Assembly: GCA_951406725.2 (NCBI GenBank)
Contig: OX597818.1
Coordinates: forward strand, 135,532,001 to 135,596,000
Reading direction: 5' to 3'
Origin: Octopus vulgaris
Taxonomy: Eukaryota
Length of the DNA: 64,000 nt
Position 1 is the first letter of the stretch. Each line of letters starts with the position of its first letter. Below the pieces are notes generated by a model, which saw only the letters and a list, made by a program, of their open reading frames with translations, was not told the DNA's origin and did no database searches. The translations under genes were made by a program, and so were the position numbers. Below, piece after piece: positions 13,445 to 26,819 of the stretch.

Positions 13445-13652
13445 TTGTGTGTCTGTATTTGTCCCCCCAACATCGCTTGACAACTGATGCTGGTATGTTT
13501 ACATCCCCATAACTTAGCAGTTTGGCAAAAGAGACCGATAGAATAAGTACTAGGCTTACAAAGAATAAGTCCTGGGGTAGATTTGCTCGACTAAAAGCAG
13601 TGCTCCAGCATGGCCACAGTGAAATGTCTGAAACAAGTAAAAGAGTAAAGAG
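13252..13652 (+). mobile_element. SINE family A, slightly 5'-truncated
   Basis: Matches family A along its length. Confidence 0.88.
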
Positions 13653-13756
13653 TACATACATATGTATTATTATTATCACAGACAGATCTTGTGTGGTTTT
13701 TACAGTCCAAGGAGCAAGTTATAACCAATGATCAAAAGTCCTTTAGGATTCTTTCT

Positions 13757-14960
13757 TCAGCTCAATATTTGAATCACCTTCCCTAGAATCTTTGCAATTC
13801 CCAGTAATGTTGGCTCCTTATTTTTTTTTTTTTTTCCCCCAGTAGTAGTAGTTCCATTTAAATGTTGATCCCAATCTTCTTCGTTATCTTTGTGATTGTC
13901 GCAAGAGTACCTACTACCACTGGTGCAATTTCCACATTTTTCAAGCTCCACACCTTTACAACTTCCTCTAATATTTTTCATTTTTTTTTTTTTGTTCCTT
14001 TTTTTATACACTCTGTCAAAAGTGAGAGATGCTGTATCAGTTATCCTGTGGTGTTTTCCCTTCTGTTGATGATAACAATGTCTGGCTTTCTTTCCTCATT
14101 CATTTGATCGTATTGAATATTAAAATTCCACAACAACCTAACATATTCATTTTGTTTCACTACATTGATATTCATACCCTTATCATCTCTATTTAAATTA
14201 TAATTTCCATACAGTATCTAATGAAAATGAATGAAGCGTGCAATGTTGTCATACTTTCTTTTCTGTTCTCTTTCTGCAAGCTCACTATATTCACCCACGA
14301 TGTGACTCTTGCTTTCACCATAAGAATTAATCAACATTCTTATTGATGTGTTAGTTCACAGATTGTTCTAAGTGCTTGTTCTTGCACAGCAGATGTTAAA
14401 CCTGATTTTCACTTGCAGTTACATGACCCTAATCCCTACTGTTACTTGGAAGCACTCCACAGACACGTGCACCCTTAACATAGTTCTTGGGGATATTCAG
14501 CGTGACTCAGAGAGTGACAAGGCCGGCCCTTTGAAATACAGGCACAACAGAAACAGGAAGTAAGAGTGAGAGAAAGTTGTGGTGAAAGAGTACAGCAGGG
14601 ATCACCACCATCCCCTGTCGCAGCCTCGTGGAGCTTTAGGTGTTTTCGCTCAATAAACACTCACAACACCCGGTCTGGGAATCGAAACCGTGAGTCCGCT
14701 GCCCTAACCACTGGGCCATTGCGCCTCCACCTTACTGTTACTTATATCTCTAACAAACTGTTTATACATTGCTTTTCCACTCCACTGTGTCTCTTTCTTC
14801 TATTCTGACTCTTATATTCATCTTTATCAATACAGTCTGTAGTTTCCATCACTCCAATGACTTTTACACCGGACAAGAATGGTTCTGAACTGTTGGCTAC
14901 ACACCATCCCAAATTCTGCTCTTTATTTCTTATACCTTCTTTGCAACCTATCAGACTTCC
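13757..14960 (-). mobile_element. Decayed RLE-type non-LTR retrotransposon (R4/Dong/NeSL-like) C-terminal region
   Basis: Manual minus-strand translation gives IVGEYSELAEREQKRKYDNIARFIH (decayed CCHC/RHD region), LWNFNIQYDQ, KPDIVII (PD-D endonuclease) and LLGIAKILGKV. Interrupted by a SINE. Confidence 0.75.
14448..14730 (-). mobile_element. SINE family B with tail B1, internally deleted
   Basis: 11-bp TSD tactgttactt at 14437-14447 and 14733-14743. Tail deletion between two agcactcc microhomologies. Confidence 0.88.
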
Positions 14961-16101
14961 TCCATAGAAACCAAGCCGAAAATTAAATCTGAGATGAGGT
15001 CCCCCAACCTGTTATGGTGTGCAGCAACCCTACAATATGTGTTGACATTGACTGTGAAATGCCTTTGTTTTGCAAATGACTGCCTGGGTTTCCATATCTA
15101 CTCAAAAGAGTTAAATAAATCCCCGGCACATGTGTGACATGATGTATCCTCCCTCAACTAGAGCAGGATATATGGAATGTATTATTTATTAAGATTGGAA
15201 ATGAGACAGCTTGTAAAACTCATGCACAACATTCCTATCCACAAGCTGTGTCACAATATATGGGGGGAAAAATACATTGATCAAACCCACAGCTGGGTGT
15301 TACCTTTGAGGAGACCAGAAAGATAAAAGACTAGCAGGAAGCTGGAAGGTCCTTTCAAAGGGACTCCCATCCTTCTGAAGTGCACAAACTGCACGGTTAT
15401 CTAAAGGAACATTTATATGAACCACTGGTTCAAAATACTGGTTTAGAAAGAGTTAGGGAATAAATACACTGAACCCAAAGATGATAAATGGTTGAGGAAA
15501 ACATCAGTAATAGTTTATCTACAGCTATAGGAGCACTGCCTAGAGAATATAAAAGTTTTTTTGTGATTTGGGGGAAACTGAAGAAGTTCATGACTGAATT
15601 CTGGAGACCCAGGTAACAGTCAGGAGAAGGCAAGGAGTAGAAGGTGATTAGATTCAGTGCCTTTGTCTTTCAATTGCTAATTTCTTGTTAAAGGTCACAG
15701 GTGTTATAGACGATTGCAGTACTAGTCAGACTGACAAGTTTCCCAGACTATGACTCATAAAAGTGTAGTTCTGTGAAGTGGAATGAAATCCAAGGACAAA
15801 GTATTTTTCATGTCTTGCATTTTACTTCCTCCTACCATCCTTCTTTCCAATGATAGTAGCATTTCTGCTCTTTTCGGGGCTTCGGTATTTCACCATGACC
15901 CTGGCAGGGTAACTGACAGATGTTATGCTTTGCCAAAGGGCAACCTGTGATTTTGTCTGGGACTGCTTATTAAGTATCCACAACTAACCTGTATATATCT
16001 ACAGGAGATTCTCCTATCTGCAAACTGGGGACCCAATGGGTGCTCTAATTCTCCGTAGGTAGTGATTTCTTATGCCTGTATTATTAATGATAATGATTAA
16101 A

Positions 16102-16589
16102 CAGTAATCCCTAGACTATAACGAGTATTACATTCCAACACCCCCCCACCGCGATAGGTGAAAATCCGCAAAGTAGAAACAGTACTGTATATCTGTTTTA
16201 TTATTATTATAATTTGTATATATTTATTTTATTATTTTTATTTACTTAAGCTTTCATAAATTCTCTTCACACTCTTAGGAGTTTCATTTTCCATAGTTTG
16301 TGCGATTTTTTGTTTACTCATCTACAGTACACTATGTATTTTCTTTTAATATATTTTTAATTAATGTGTTATACAGTGCAGTACTGTATTTTTATTTATT
16401 AATTTTTAGGCGTGAAAATGCCACAGAAATAGTTAAAATCTAAAAAAAAAAAAATAATAATACTTATCGGCTGCAAAAACCCACATTATACTGAGGAGTC
16501 TGCAATATAAATTTACATATATTAGCCAGAAAAATCCATTATGTACTGAGGGTGTGATAGGTGAACCATGATATGATGAGTGATTACTG
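16102..16589. mobile_element. Tigger/pogo-like MITE
   Basis: Imperfect TIR cagtaatccctag / gagtgattactg followed by TA. Subterminal gataggtgaa at both ends. Confidence 0.7.
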
Positions 16590-16784
16590 TAATACATTCT
16601 ACTATAGGCACAAAGCCTGAAATCTTGTGGGAGGAAGTAGTTGATTATATTGACCCCAGCGCTCAATTTCTACTTATTTCATCAACCCCAAAGGAATGAA
16701 AGGCAAAGTCAACCTCGGCAATATTCGAATAAGTAATGCTAAATGTTTTGTCTGGTGCAGCAATAATTTTGTTAGCTCGCTGAC

Positions 16785-16819
<35 letters not shown>

Positions 16820-17731
16820 CTTGTTATAAATTTCTATTATAAATTATATCAATCCTAGAGCTAGTATGTCAGCTATTCCGTTAATTTAAGCTGCTACTCA
16901 TCAGACATGGACATTTTTCATCCATGTGATTTTTGCTATTTCATCATGCATTGATCAATTAACTTGCGATCTGGCCACCCCTGTTGCTGCTGTTATTGAT
17001 GAATATGATGGAGAGGGGTGGCGGTGGATGTAGTGATGGTGAGGGTGATGGTGATGGCTATCAAGACTGTATAAATCACCAAGTTATCTGTAACTATAAT
17101 CCTCCCTGACATTAATTTCCCTTGCAGACATTAGATTAATATTAACCTCACAGCAGCAGATTACTTGCTAACTCCACCTCCCCCCTCTCTCCCCCACCAT
17201 CTTTTGTTCTTAATCTGTGTTGTGTTTGCTTTATTCTGTTTTATCAAAAAACCCTGATTAAGGTACTTTGTGCATGACTTAATTGTGGTTTGTTCTTTAT
17301 CCAAGTTATTTACTGCTCTCACCCTGGGTCTAATGGTGTAATATATAAAATAAAACAGTTTTCCCTTTGGTCACAATAGCAACAGTGCCGCGCCTGGAAG
17401 TATGAATACCAGCATAGCTATGTAGTTAAGAGGTTAGCTTTGCCATCACTTGGTTCCTGGTTCAATCCCACTGCATTGCACCTTAAACAAGTGTTTTCAC
17501 CATAGTTGATTGACCTGAAGTTGTGGTAATTAAACCGAGTAAACCAAAACTGTAGATGTTCTTCAGGGTCACTATTACTTTGCCTTGGGCCCTCAATTCC
17601 TGACAGAGTCATGGGAGCACTATCACAACATATGGTGTGTCTTGAGCATTTAAACCAGTGATTTAACCGGGGTCCATATAAGATTTTGTTGTTAAAATTT
17701 ATGTGCAATATACTAGCTATACTTCTACAAT

Positions 17732-18142
17732 AGGTGCAGTTGTAGCTGTGTGGTAAGAAGCTTGCTTCCCAACCACATGATTCCGGGTTCAATCCCACTG
17801 CGTGGCACCTTGGACAAATGTCTTCCACTATAGCCTCGGACTGACCAAAGCTTTGTGAGTAGATTTGGTATATGGAAGCTGAAAGAAGCCTGTCATATAA
17901 ATGTGTGTATGTGTCTGTGTGTGTGTCTTTGTGTCTGTGTTTGTTTTCCCATCATTACTTGACAACCGGCGTTGGTGTGTTTACATCCTTGTAACTAAGC
18001 GGTTTGGCAATAGAGACTGATAGAATAAGTACTAGGCTTAAAAAATAAGCCCTGGGGTCAAATTGTTCAACAAAAACACTTCAAAACGGTGCTCCAGCAT
18101 GGCCACAGTGAAATGACTGAAACAAATAAAAGAATAAAAAAA
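17732..18142 (+). mobile_element. SINE family A, older subfamily
   Basis: Matches family A with more substitutions. Confidence 0.85.
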
Positions 18143-18666
18143 TACACAAAATATCTTAATTTTTTTAATACAATTCCTAATAACATTTGATTATAAAAAC
18201 ATGGTAAGATTTTTTTATATAGATCAAATAGGTATGGAGGCCCACAAGAGTAAAATAGGAATCAAAGGAGTCCATAGTAAGGATACATTGAATGATATAG
18301 TCCTAGATACTCTATGTCTGAGAAAAAGACTGGATGGTCAGGGCTGAAATTCTTTTGACCTACTAGATGAGGGCTGATCTGGAGCTAAACAGTAACAACT
18401 ACATACCTACCTGCAGTGTATTTGAACTTAAGAACTTTGAGCTGGTTGTGCAGCACTATGTCTACTACTACTGCTGCTACTACTATTACTGTTGCTGCTG
18501 CTGTTGCTTGACCTTTCAATATCCTGAAGCACTAGTGAAACACTGAACTCTGCAAAGATTAGCAGCAGCAGCATGAGCAGTGGGTGGAGGGGGAGTTAAT
18601 CTGACCCACCACATACTTGACACACAAGTGGTGGTGGTGTTTTTAGACATATAGTGTTCCTTAGTG

Positions 18667-19031
18667 GGAAGCACTCCGTCAGTTACGACGACAAGGGTTC
18701 CGGTTGATCCGATCAACAGAACAGCCTGCTCGTGAAATTAACGTGTAAGTGGCTGAGCACTCCACAGACACGTGCACCCTTAACGTAGTTCTCGGGGATA
18801 TTCAGCGTGACACAGAGAGTGACAAGGCCGACCCTATGAAATACAGGTACAACAGAAACAGGAAGTAAGAGTGAGAGAAAGTTGTGGTGAAAGAGTACAG
18901 CAGGGATCACCACCACCCCCTGCCGGAGCCTCGTGGAGCTTTAGGTGTTTTCGCTCAATAAACACTCACAACGCCCGGTCTGGGAATCGAAACCGCGATC
19001 CTATGACCGCGAGTCCGCTGCCCTAACCACT
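18667..19031 (-). mobile_element. SINE family B with tail B1
   Basis: Near-identical to 46501-46883. ccttagtg repeated on both sides. Confidence 0.9.
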
Positions 19032-19853
19032 GCCCTAACCTTAGTGCAGGGGTTGGTGAACTGGGGCAAATTACCCTAAGTGGGGTAAAAATGAAATTCT
19101 TGAGAGTAATGAGGACTCATTAGACAAAAGCAACATTATATAAAAAATGTGTTCCTTGTTACCACAAAAGTTTTTCCTCTGGTATGAGGAGGCAGTCAAA
19201 AAGTTGCTGCCTTTGCAAACAAGGATTTTCCACTCTAATGAACATAAAAAACAAAGCAGAGTAATTAATTGAATCACAATAATTGTAGCCAAATTGCTCT
19301 GGCATCAAAATGCCCCAATTTTGATGTAATTGCAACAAAAATGAATCATCATTTCTCCAAAACCTGAAGTGAAAAGTTTCTAGGAAACTCCTTTTGATTT
19401 GTAATGAGGATATTAATTTATTTTATTGCATCTGTTTTATGCTTTTTATATTTATAATTGTATTCTCCATATAAATAGATTCGATAAAACTTTTGAATTC
19501 AAAGAATCTATGATTTTCTGCCTTTCAAATCAAGAGGGTAATGTCGGCATAAATAGATATATTTTGGAGTAATTAGTTAAAAAAGTTCCCCGACTCCTGC
19601 CTTAGTGGATCCTGAAACACCTATAAGTTGTTAAGACTTTGTATTCTTGTTATTTATGAATCTAAATAAAATCAGCCTAACAAAGGTCTTCTTCTTCCAG
19701 CTATGTTCACTGACATCTTGGTTATTAGACATTATTCTTATTGAAAATACTTCCATTACAATCTGTTGTCAGGACTGCATTAACAAGAGTTAAGTAACTT
19801 TACCAGGGGACACCAATTGGCTATAATGATATGATGTAATATGCAACCTTTGG

Positions 19854-19894
<41 letters not shown>

Positions 19895-19896
<2 letters not shown>

Positions 19897-20197
19897 AGGC
19901 GCAATGGCCCAGTGGTTAGGGCAGCAAACTCGCGGTTGTAGGATTGCGGTTTTGATTCCCAGACCAGGGCGTTGTGAGTGTTTATTGAGCGAAAACATCT
20001 AAAGCTCCACGAGGCTCCAGCAGGGAGTGGTGGCGATCCCTGCTGTACTCTTTCGCCATAACTTTCTCTGTCTCTTTCTTCTGTTGGCCTGCTCGCTTAG
20101 CCAGTGGGGTGGTGTCATTTGAAGGCTAAAACAATGCGAAGTGCATTGTGACCAGCGATGTGTAGCAACATCTGATAGCCTGGTCGGTCACAGTGAT
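19895..20197 (+). mobile_element. SINE family B with tail B2
   Basis: Matches the copy at 6495. Sits in a (TA)n tract. Confidence 0.9.
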
Positions 20198-20743
20198 ATA
20201 TATATATCATAATTTCACAGTGATATATATATATCATAATGCAAGTGGTAGAATACTTGATTCTACATTACCTCAGTTCACCTATTGTACACTATCGCTT
20301 ATTTTGGTAACATACCAAGATTCTGTTGGTGGAGAGCTTTATCTCTTATTTGTTTCATTCAATGAAACAGGATCTAAATATCAGGTCCCATTGGCTCATA
20401 AGGTACCTAGTCTCAGTATGTTTTTACTTCAGCTGAGTAGTCAGTCTCTCGATGCTAAAGATTTTATCTTCTGCAATGCAACTACATTGAACTATTATAG
20501 TACAACATTATAATATCAGATTAATTCTGATAATTAGTCAGTCTTTTAGCTTAAAAGCCAATTAAGGTTAATATAGGATTTCAACAATATATTGTGAGGT
20601 TTAAAGTCTTTTTTTGTTGGCTGTGTATTTAATCTCATGTTAAGCTGTTTCCTGCTTTTTAAATCTCTCTAACAATAGATTTGGTGCAAAAAAATTTTTT
20701 AATGCTGTCTAGAAATATATAATAATGTTTTTTCTCTCTAGAC

Positions 20744-21018
20744 CAGTGGTTCTCAACCTGTTTTAACATTTGGAACCCCTTTGATTACTTCTTTATTCTG
20801 ATGGACCCTCATAACCATTCTATGTTTAAAAACTAGTTTGAATCAAGTTGAATCAGTGGCTGGAAACTTGTTGAACTATGCAAAACATTAAGGAAAGACA
20901 CCTAGCTGGTTCTTGCAATAAATACATTTAAAACAAAATATATTCATATATTAAAATCCTACTGCAGCTCTCCAGTTTACTATTTTCCTTACATGGACCC
21001 CCATGTTGAGAACCACTG
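20744..21018. mobile_element. hAT (Charlie-like) MITE
   Basis: TIR cagtggttctcaac / gttgagaaccactg. 8-bp TSD ctctagac. Related to 11406-11722. Confidence 0.9.
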
Positions 21019-21334
21019 CTCTAGACAAATGGACACTTGCTATCATACCAACGATACTGTAGAGTCTTAACTGTTTCTGAAACACTGTCGACACTATGCT
21101 CTATAGACCTCTAACACTTGCTGCCACAACGCCAATAATATGCTCTGTCAGTAGTTGCTATCACACCACCAATGTTGTACTCCAGACTCCTAAAAGTTTC
21201 TATAACACCACTAAGTCTGTACTCTATCATTAGTTAGTATAACACTATCAGTACTTATAAACATCTGCTATAAAATCTGGCAGATTTGTGAATGGCTAAC
21301 ACCTTGGATTCAGTTGTTTATCATTGTGTCCATG

Positions 21335-21656
21335 TCGGTGGCACGTAAAAAGCACCATCCGAATCGTGGCTGAAGCCAGTGCCGCCTCGACTGGCTTCCG
21401 TGCAGGTGGCACGTAAAATGCACCAATCCAACCGTGGCCGATGCCAGCCTCACCTGGCACCAGTGCAGGTGGCACGTAAAAAGCACCCACTACACTCACG
21501 GAGTGGTTGGCGTTAGGAAGGGCATCCAGCTGTAGAAACATTGCCAGATAAGACCGGAGCCTGGTGCAGCCTTCTGGCTTCCCAGATCCCCGGTCGAACC
21601 ATCCAACCCATGCTAGCATGGAGAACGGACGTTAAACGATGATGATGATGATGATG
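21335..21656 (+). mobile_element. Family D (RTE-type 3' end)
   Basis: Three ggtggcacgtaaaa units, ggcgttaggaagggcatccagctgtagaaac, (gat)n tail. Confidence 0.85.
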
Positions 21657-21689
21657 TGTTTCCCAAGAAACGTAATTTATGACAATACC

Positions 21690-21890
21690 AGAATTATTGC
21701 ACCATCAGCAAGATAAACCATATAAGCAAAGTAATTCTAAGTCATCCTGAATAGGCAAAAGATTTCATTGCTGAGGAACAAGCAGGACTTTATAAAAATA
21801 GAAGCACTACTGAGCAGATTTTCAACTTCATTACCCTCCAATATTTCCAACACCAAAAAGTCCTATATACTATGTCTTTATAGACCTTCA
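21690..21890 (+). mobile_element. Decayed RTE reverse-transcriptase fragment
   Basis: Translates to IAEEQAGLYKNRSTTEQIFN, the RT domain N-terminal motif. Confidence 0.7.
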
Positions 21891-22715
21891 TTCTTAAAAT
21901 TTTGTAGTGCTTTCTCTTTATAAATCTCATTATACTGTTAAACTGTAGATTTTAATGAAATGCAAGTCCAGTATAAAAATCATAAATATACAACTATTGC
22001 ATGAATATAGGTGAATGTTGCTGATAAACAATAATTATTGGGGTACATTGTGAATGTGATTTTCATGTGTTGCCGTGTCATTTTTACCTACCAAGGTGGT
22101 TTAAATACAATTAAGTTGACTACATGGTTAGTTAGGTTGATTACTACCTGCCAAAATAGGTTAAATACAATTAAATTGATTAGATGTTTACAGATATATT
22201 TACAAGATATCAATTCCTGAGCATCAATTTCCTGTCTCAGAGCTAAACTTGTGTGCATGCAGTCTCTGCAACTTGGAAGCTGCACATCTTCCACTAGAAA
22301 AAGAATTCTGTGATATGTCTTCATGTCTATTCAAAGGTTTTGTAATGGACCAACAAATTAGAGATATTTTCTCTTAATACTGTAGTTACTATGCTCTCCT
22401 ACAAAAAATATATCAATAACATTGTTGTTTTTTGCTTCTTTTTTTTTTTAAATCCTTACTAATGAATGCACCAGTGCAATATTAATTACATGGTAATGCC
22501 ATTCCTGCTCAGAATCAATAAATCATTTAGTTTGTGTTCATAGATGACACTGAAATGTCACTATTTGTCTTTTATTAATTATATCATTAATAAATAGATA
22601 ATCATAAATAAATCCTTAATCAATGATATCACTGAATTTGAACAGATTTAGGAATTATCTGCTATTATGCTTGTAAATTAAAGAAAGAAAAACCCAGAAA
22701 ATTTCACTTGATAAA

Positions 22716-23052
22716 CATTCCGGGTTCAGTCCCATTGTGTGGCATCTTGGGCAAGTGTCTTCTGCTATAGCCCCGGGCCGACCAATGCCTTGTGAGTGGA
22801 TTTGGTAGACGGAAACTGAAAGAAGCCAGTCGTATATATGTATATATATGTGTGTGTGTTTGTGTGTGTCTCCCTAGCATTGCTTGACAACCGATGCTGG
22901 TGTGTTTACGTCCCCGTCACTTAGCGGTTCGGCAAAAGAGACCGATAGAATAAGTACTTGGCTTACAAAGAATAAGTCCGGGGTCGAGTTGCTCGACTAA
23001 AGGCGGTGCTCCAGCATGGCCGCAGTCAAATGACTGAAACAAATAAAAGAGT
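22716..23052 (+). mobile_element. SINE family A, 5'-truncated
   Basis: Starts at the B box and matches family A. Confidence 0.88.
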
Positions 23053-23497
23053 ATGTAAATTGAGAGTCTTTTCACAAGAAGTTCTACTTGACAAGAAGCT
23101 AAACTTTGTGTTTCTCACACAGAAGAGTGCTTAGTTTCAGTTTTCAACTTTATACAACAACATTGTTTGAAGTGTGGTTTCATGCAGTTTAGGTTTTGAT
23201 GACATTTGCAGTGTTGGTTTTAAGAGTCAAAATGCATTTGGGAGTGTCTGGCATGATATTTTATGCACCACAAAAAAAAAAAAAAAATTCAACATTGAGC
23301 AGAAGCTGACTCATATTATTCAATAGATCTTTGCCAAGGCAACCAGTGTAGTTCTTAGACTGGGCACCATTGGAGAGTGGTTTCATACCATCATAGGAGT
23401 CTCCTCTTCCATGTCCGCTTTGACATTTTTCTGGAGCGAGAATCATTAACAATATTCTTGAAAACCATGTGGGAATAATTAGTATTGGAAGCAGGAA

Positions 23498-23770
23498 CAT
23501 CATCATCATCATCATCATTTAGCGTCCGCTTTCCATGCTAGCATGGGTTGGACGGTTCAACTGGGGTCTGGGGAGCCCGAAGGCTGCACCAGGCCGATCA
23601 GATCTGGCAGTGTTTCTACAGCTGGATGCCCTTCCTAACGCCAACCACTCCGAGAGTGTAATGGGTGATTTTATGTGCCACCGACACAGGTGCCAGACGA
23701 GGCTGGCAAACGGCCACACTCGGATGGTGTTTTTTTATGTGCCACCGACACAGGTGCCAGACGAGGCTAA
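23498..23770 (-). mobile_element. Family D (RTE-type 3' end)
   Basis: (cat)n followed by reverse-complement family D sequence. Confidence 0.82.
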
Positions 23771-23859
23771 ATATAAAATTTTGTAAATATAATGATAAGC
23801 TTTCAAAATTTTCACTCGTCACCATTTCTTAACTTACACAGAATACACACATGTTTACA

Positions 23860-25010
23860 CACCACTTTGAAATTGTAGTTAACAAATAAGAGATTAGCTG
23901 ATGACATCTTGATGGACTGGCAGGAAAGGAAGATAATTTGTTGAATTAGTCAAGCACCTTGATAGAGCCTCCACCAAGAATGGAACGGAAATCAGTATTG
24001 TAAATACCAAACCCATGAGAAATGCCAATGGTGCCATGTTATCAAACATCTCTTTATAAGATGAGAAACAATAGTACAGGAGATCATATCCCTTGGGAGT
24101 AATTATTATTGGCAAAAGATCAAGACCTGGTATCCCCACAAGAACTACACAGACACCATACTCAAACTAACTAAATTTAAACCAATATGGAGAGTTACTC
24201 TCTCTTTACTCTTTTACTCTTTTACTTGTTTCAGTCATTTGACTGCGGCCATGCTGGAGCACCGCCTTTAGTCGAGCAAATCGACCCTGTGACTTATTCT
24301 TTGTGAGCCCAGTACTTATTTTATCGGTCTCTTTTGCCGAACCGCTAAGTGACGGGGACGTAAACACACCAGCATAGCAATGCTAGAGGGACAAACATAG
24401 ACACACAAACATATACACACACATACATATATATATACACATATACGACAGGCTTCTTTCGGTTTCCGTCTACCAAATCCACTCACAAGGCATTGGTCGG
24501 CCCGAGGCTATAGAAGAAGACACTTGCCCAAGATGCCACGCAGTGGGACTGAACCCAGAACCATGTGGTTGGTTAGCAAGCTACTTACCACACAGCCACT
24601 CCTGAACAACAAACTCAGATTCCTGCCAGGATGTATGTTTGACATGGATTCTTGTGGCAGAAATTTGGAAGAAGATACAGGCACTGGAAAAGGAAGTGCT
24701 ACTGCAACATCTCAAGTATTTCATACTTGGACCACATCACAAATGAACAGGTTCACAAAACCATTCAGCATCACATTGACCCCCATGAATTACTTCTCTT
24801 GACAATATAGAAAAGAAAGATGAAAGGGTTTGGTTGTATAACATGGTCTGAATGCACTCTTCAAGAGCCCAGAGAACAGGGGAAAAAATGAGGTGAACAG
24901 GGAAAAATGGACAGACAACATCAAAGAATGGATGAGCAAATTGTTAGTGGAAACCCAAATTTTGGCACATGTCCACAACAGATGGAAAAAAACTGGTATA
25001 CAATTTATCA
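23860..25010 (+). mobile_element. Decayed RTE LINE 3' half interrupted by a SINE A copy
   Basis: Fragments translate to NGTEIS (GMEIS-like), KKIQALE and ISYLDHITNEQV. Confidence 0.65.
24196..24603 (-). mobile_element. SINE family A
   Basis: Reverse-complement match to family A. Confidence 0.9.
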
Positions 25011-25070
25011 TAACAGTGCTTCTGATTCCATTAGTAATTTCAGGTGCCTAATACTATATATATGTATATA

Positions 25071-25129
<59 letters not shown>

Positions 25130-25134
25130 ATGTA

Positions 25135-25169
<35 letters not shown>

Positions 25170-25171
<2 letters not shown>

Positions 25172-25473
25172 AGGCGCAATGGCCTAGTGGTTAAGGCAGC
25201 GGACTCGCGGTCGTAGGATCGCGGTTTCGATTCCCAGATCGGGTGTTGTGAGTGTTTATTGAGTGAAAACACCTAAAAGCTCCACGAGGCTCCGACAGGG
25301 GGTGGTGATCCCTGCTGTACTCTTTCACCACGCTTTCTCACAGTCTTTCTTCTGGTGGCCTGCTCGCTTAGCCAGCGGGGTGGCGTCATTTGAAGGCTAA
25401 AACAATGCGAACGCATTGTGACCAGCAATGTGTAACTACATCTGATGGACTGGTCGGTCACGTGATCACGTGA
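25170..25473 (+). mobile_element. SINE family B with tail B2
   Basis: Matches family B2. Lies between (TG)n and (TA)n tracts. Confidence 0.9.
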
Positions 25474-26511
25474 TATATATATATATATATACACATACAG
25501 TTGTATGCATGTCATTGTTCAGTTTTATTTCAAGATGTCTTGCTAATAAAGAGCTGGTTTCTAACCTAATGTATGTATGTATCAATCAATCAATCAGTGG
25601 TATTAATGTGTTTGAAGATCCTTGCAGTGCTACTAATTTCTCAGGTTGATAAATTATTTTCTCCATATCCCTTATTCCTTTCCTTCTTTTTGCCATTTAT
25701 TTCTTCTTATATCCACCCTAACTGAAGTATATAGTCCTCCATTCCCCACATTTTGTCACCTTACCTCATATTCCCCCCTCCTAACATACACTATCATCTT
25801 ACCTAATGCATAATCCCTCCTCTTCATCACCCTACTTGAAGTTATAGCCTTCCTCTCCACTCATACACAACCCTGTTGTGTGTAGTTTCTCCGGCAATGT
25901 GATGAAGACCATCAAGTTATCCAGGGGTGGGGGGTGGGCTTGTTTTGTGAGTCCATGTGTTAAACTGTAGACAACTTCTACTACACTTGTTACTAATCAA
26001 TAATATACCAATTGGTTACTGGAGTGACTATGATTAATAACTTATTTCATAAATATCATAATAACTTATTTCATCATTCTAATGTTAATCATAGTCCAGG
26101 AGGTATGTGTTTAGCCAATGGCTGAGGACTGACTTCATCACACAAGTCTCAGTTATAGTCTAGGATCATAGTGACATATTTCATTACTATAATGTGATTA
26201 TATGTATAGTCAAGTACTGAGAGTCTGCAGGCTTTGAAGCTTTTAAGTGCAACCTTTTAGAAGTGGCTGAATTTTACCTTTAAAAATATATCTTTAATTA
26301 TTCAATACTAGATCATGTAATCTTTGATAATTGCTTTCTGTTAGTATCAGTTAGATACTCCAAGCTAATTAATAAGCAGCTTTTTGTTGTTGTTGTTGTT
26401 GTTGTTATTGTTATTATTATCATCATCGTCATTATTATAGTTGTTGTTATTGTTATTATTGTTGTTGTTGTTATTGTTATTATTATTGTTGTTGCTATTA
26501 TTATTATTATT

Positions 26512-26816
26512 AAGGCGGCGAGCTGGCAGAAACGTTAGCATGCTGGGCGAAATACTTAGTGATATTTCGTCTGTCTTTACGTTCTGAGTTCAAATTCCGC
26601 CGAGGTCGACTTTGCCTTTCATCCTTTCAGGGTCGATAAATTAAGTACCAGTTACGCACTGGGATCGATATAATCAACTTAATCCGTTTGTCTGTCCTTG
26701 TTTGTCCCCTCTGTGTTTAGCCCTTTGTGGGTAGTAAAGAAATAGGTATTTCTTCTGTCTTTACGTTCTGAGCTCAAATTCCACCGTGGTCAACTTTGCC
26801 TTTCATGTTTTTGGGG
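26512..26816 (+). mobile_element. SINE family C monomer plus partial second body unit
   Basis: Full copy 26512-26744, then aaagaaata|ggtatttc junction and about 70 bp of a second body. Confidence 0.88.
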
Positions 26817-26819
26817 GTG

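Noticed and set aside
14960-16080. Possible LTR or LINE relic
   Set aside because: Composition suggests old TE coding DNA, but I could not read a diagnostic motif.
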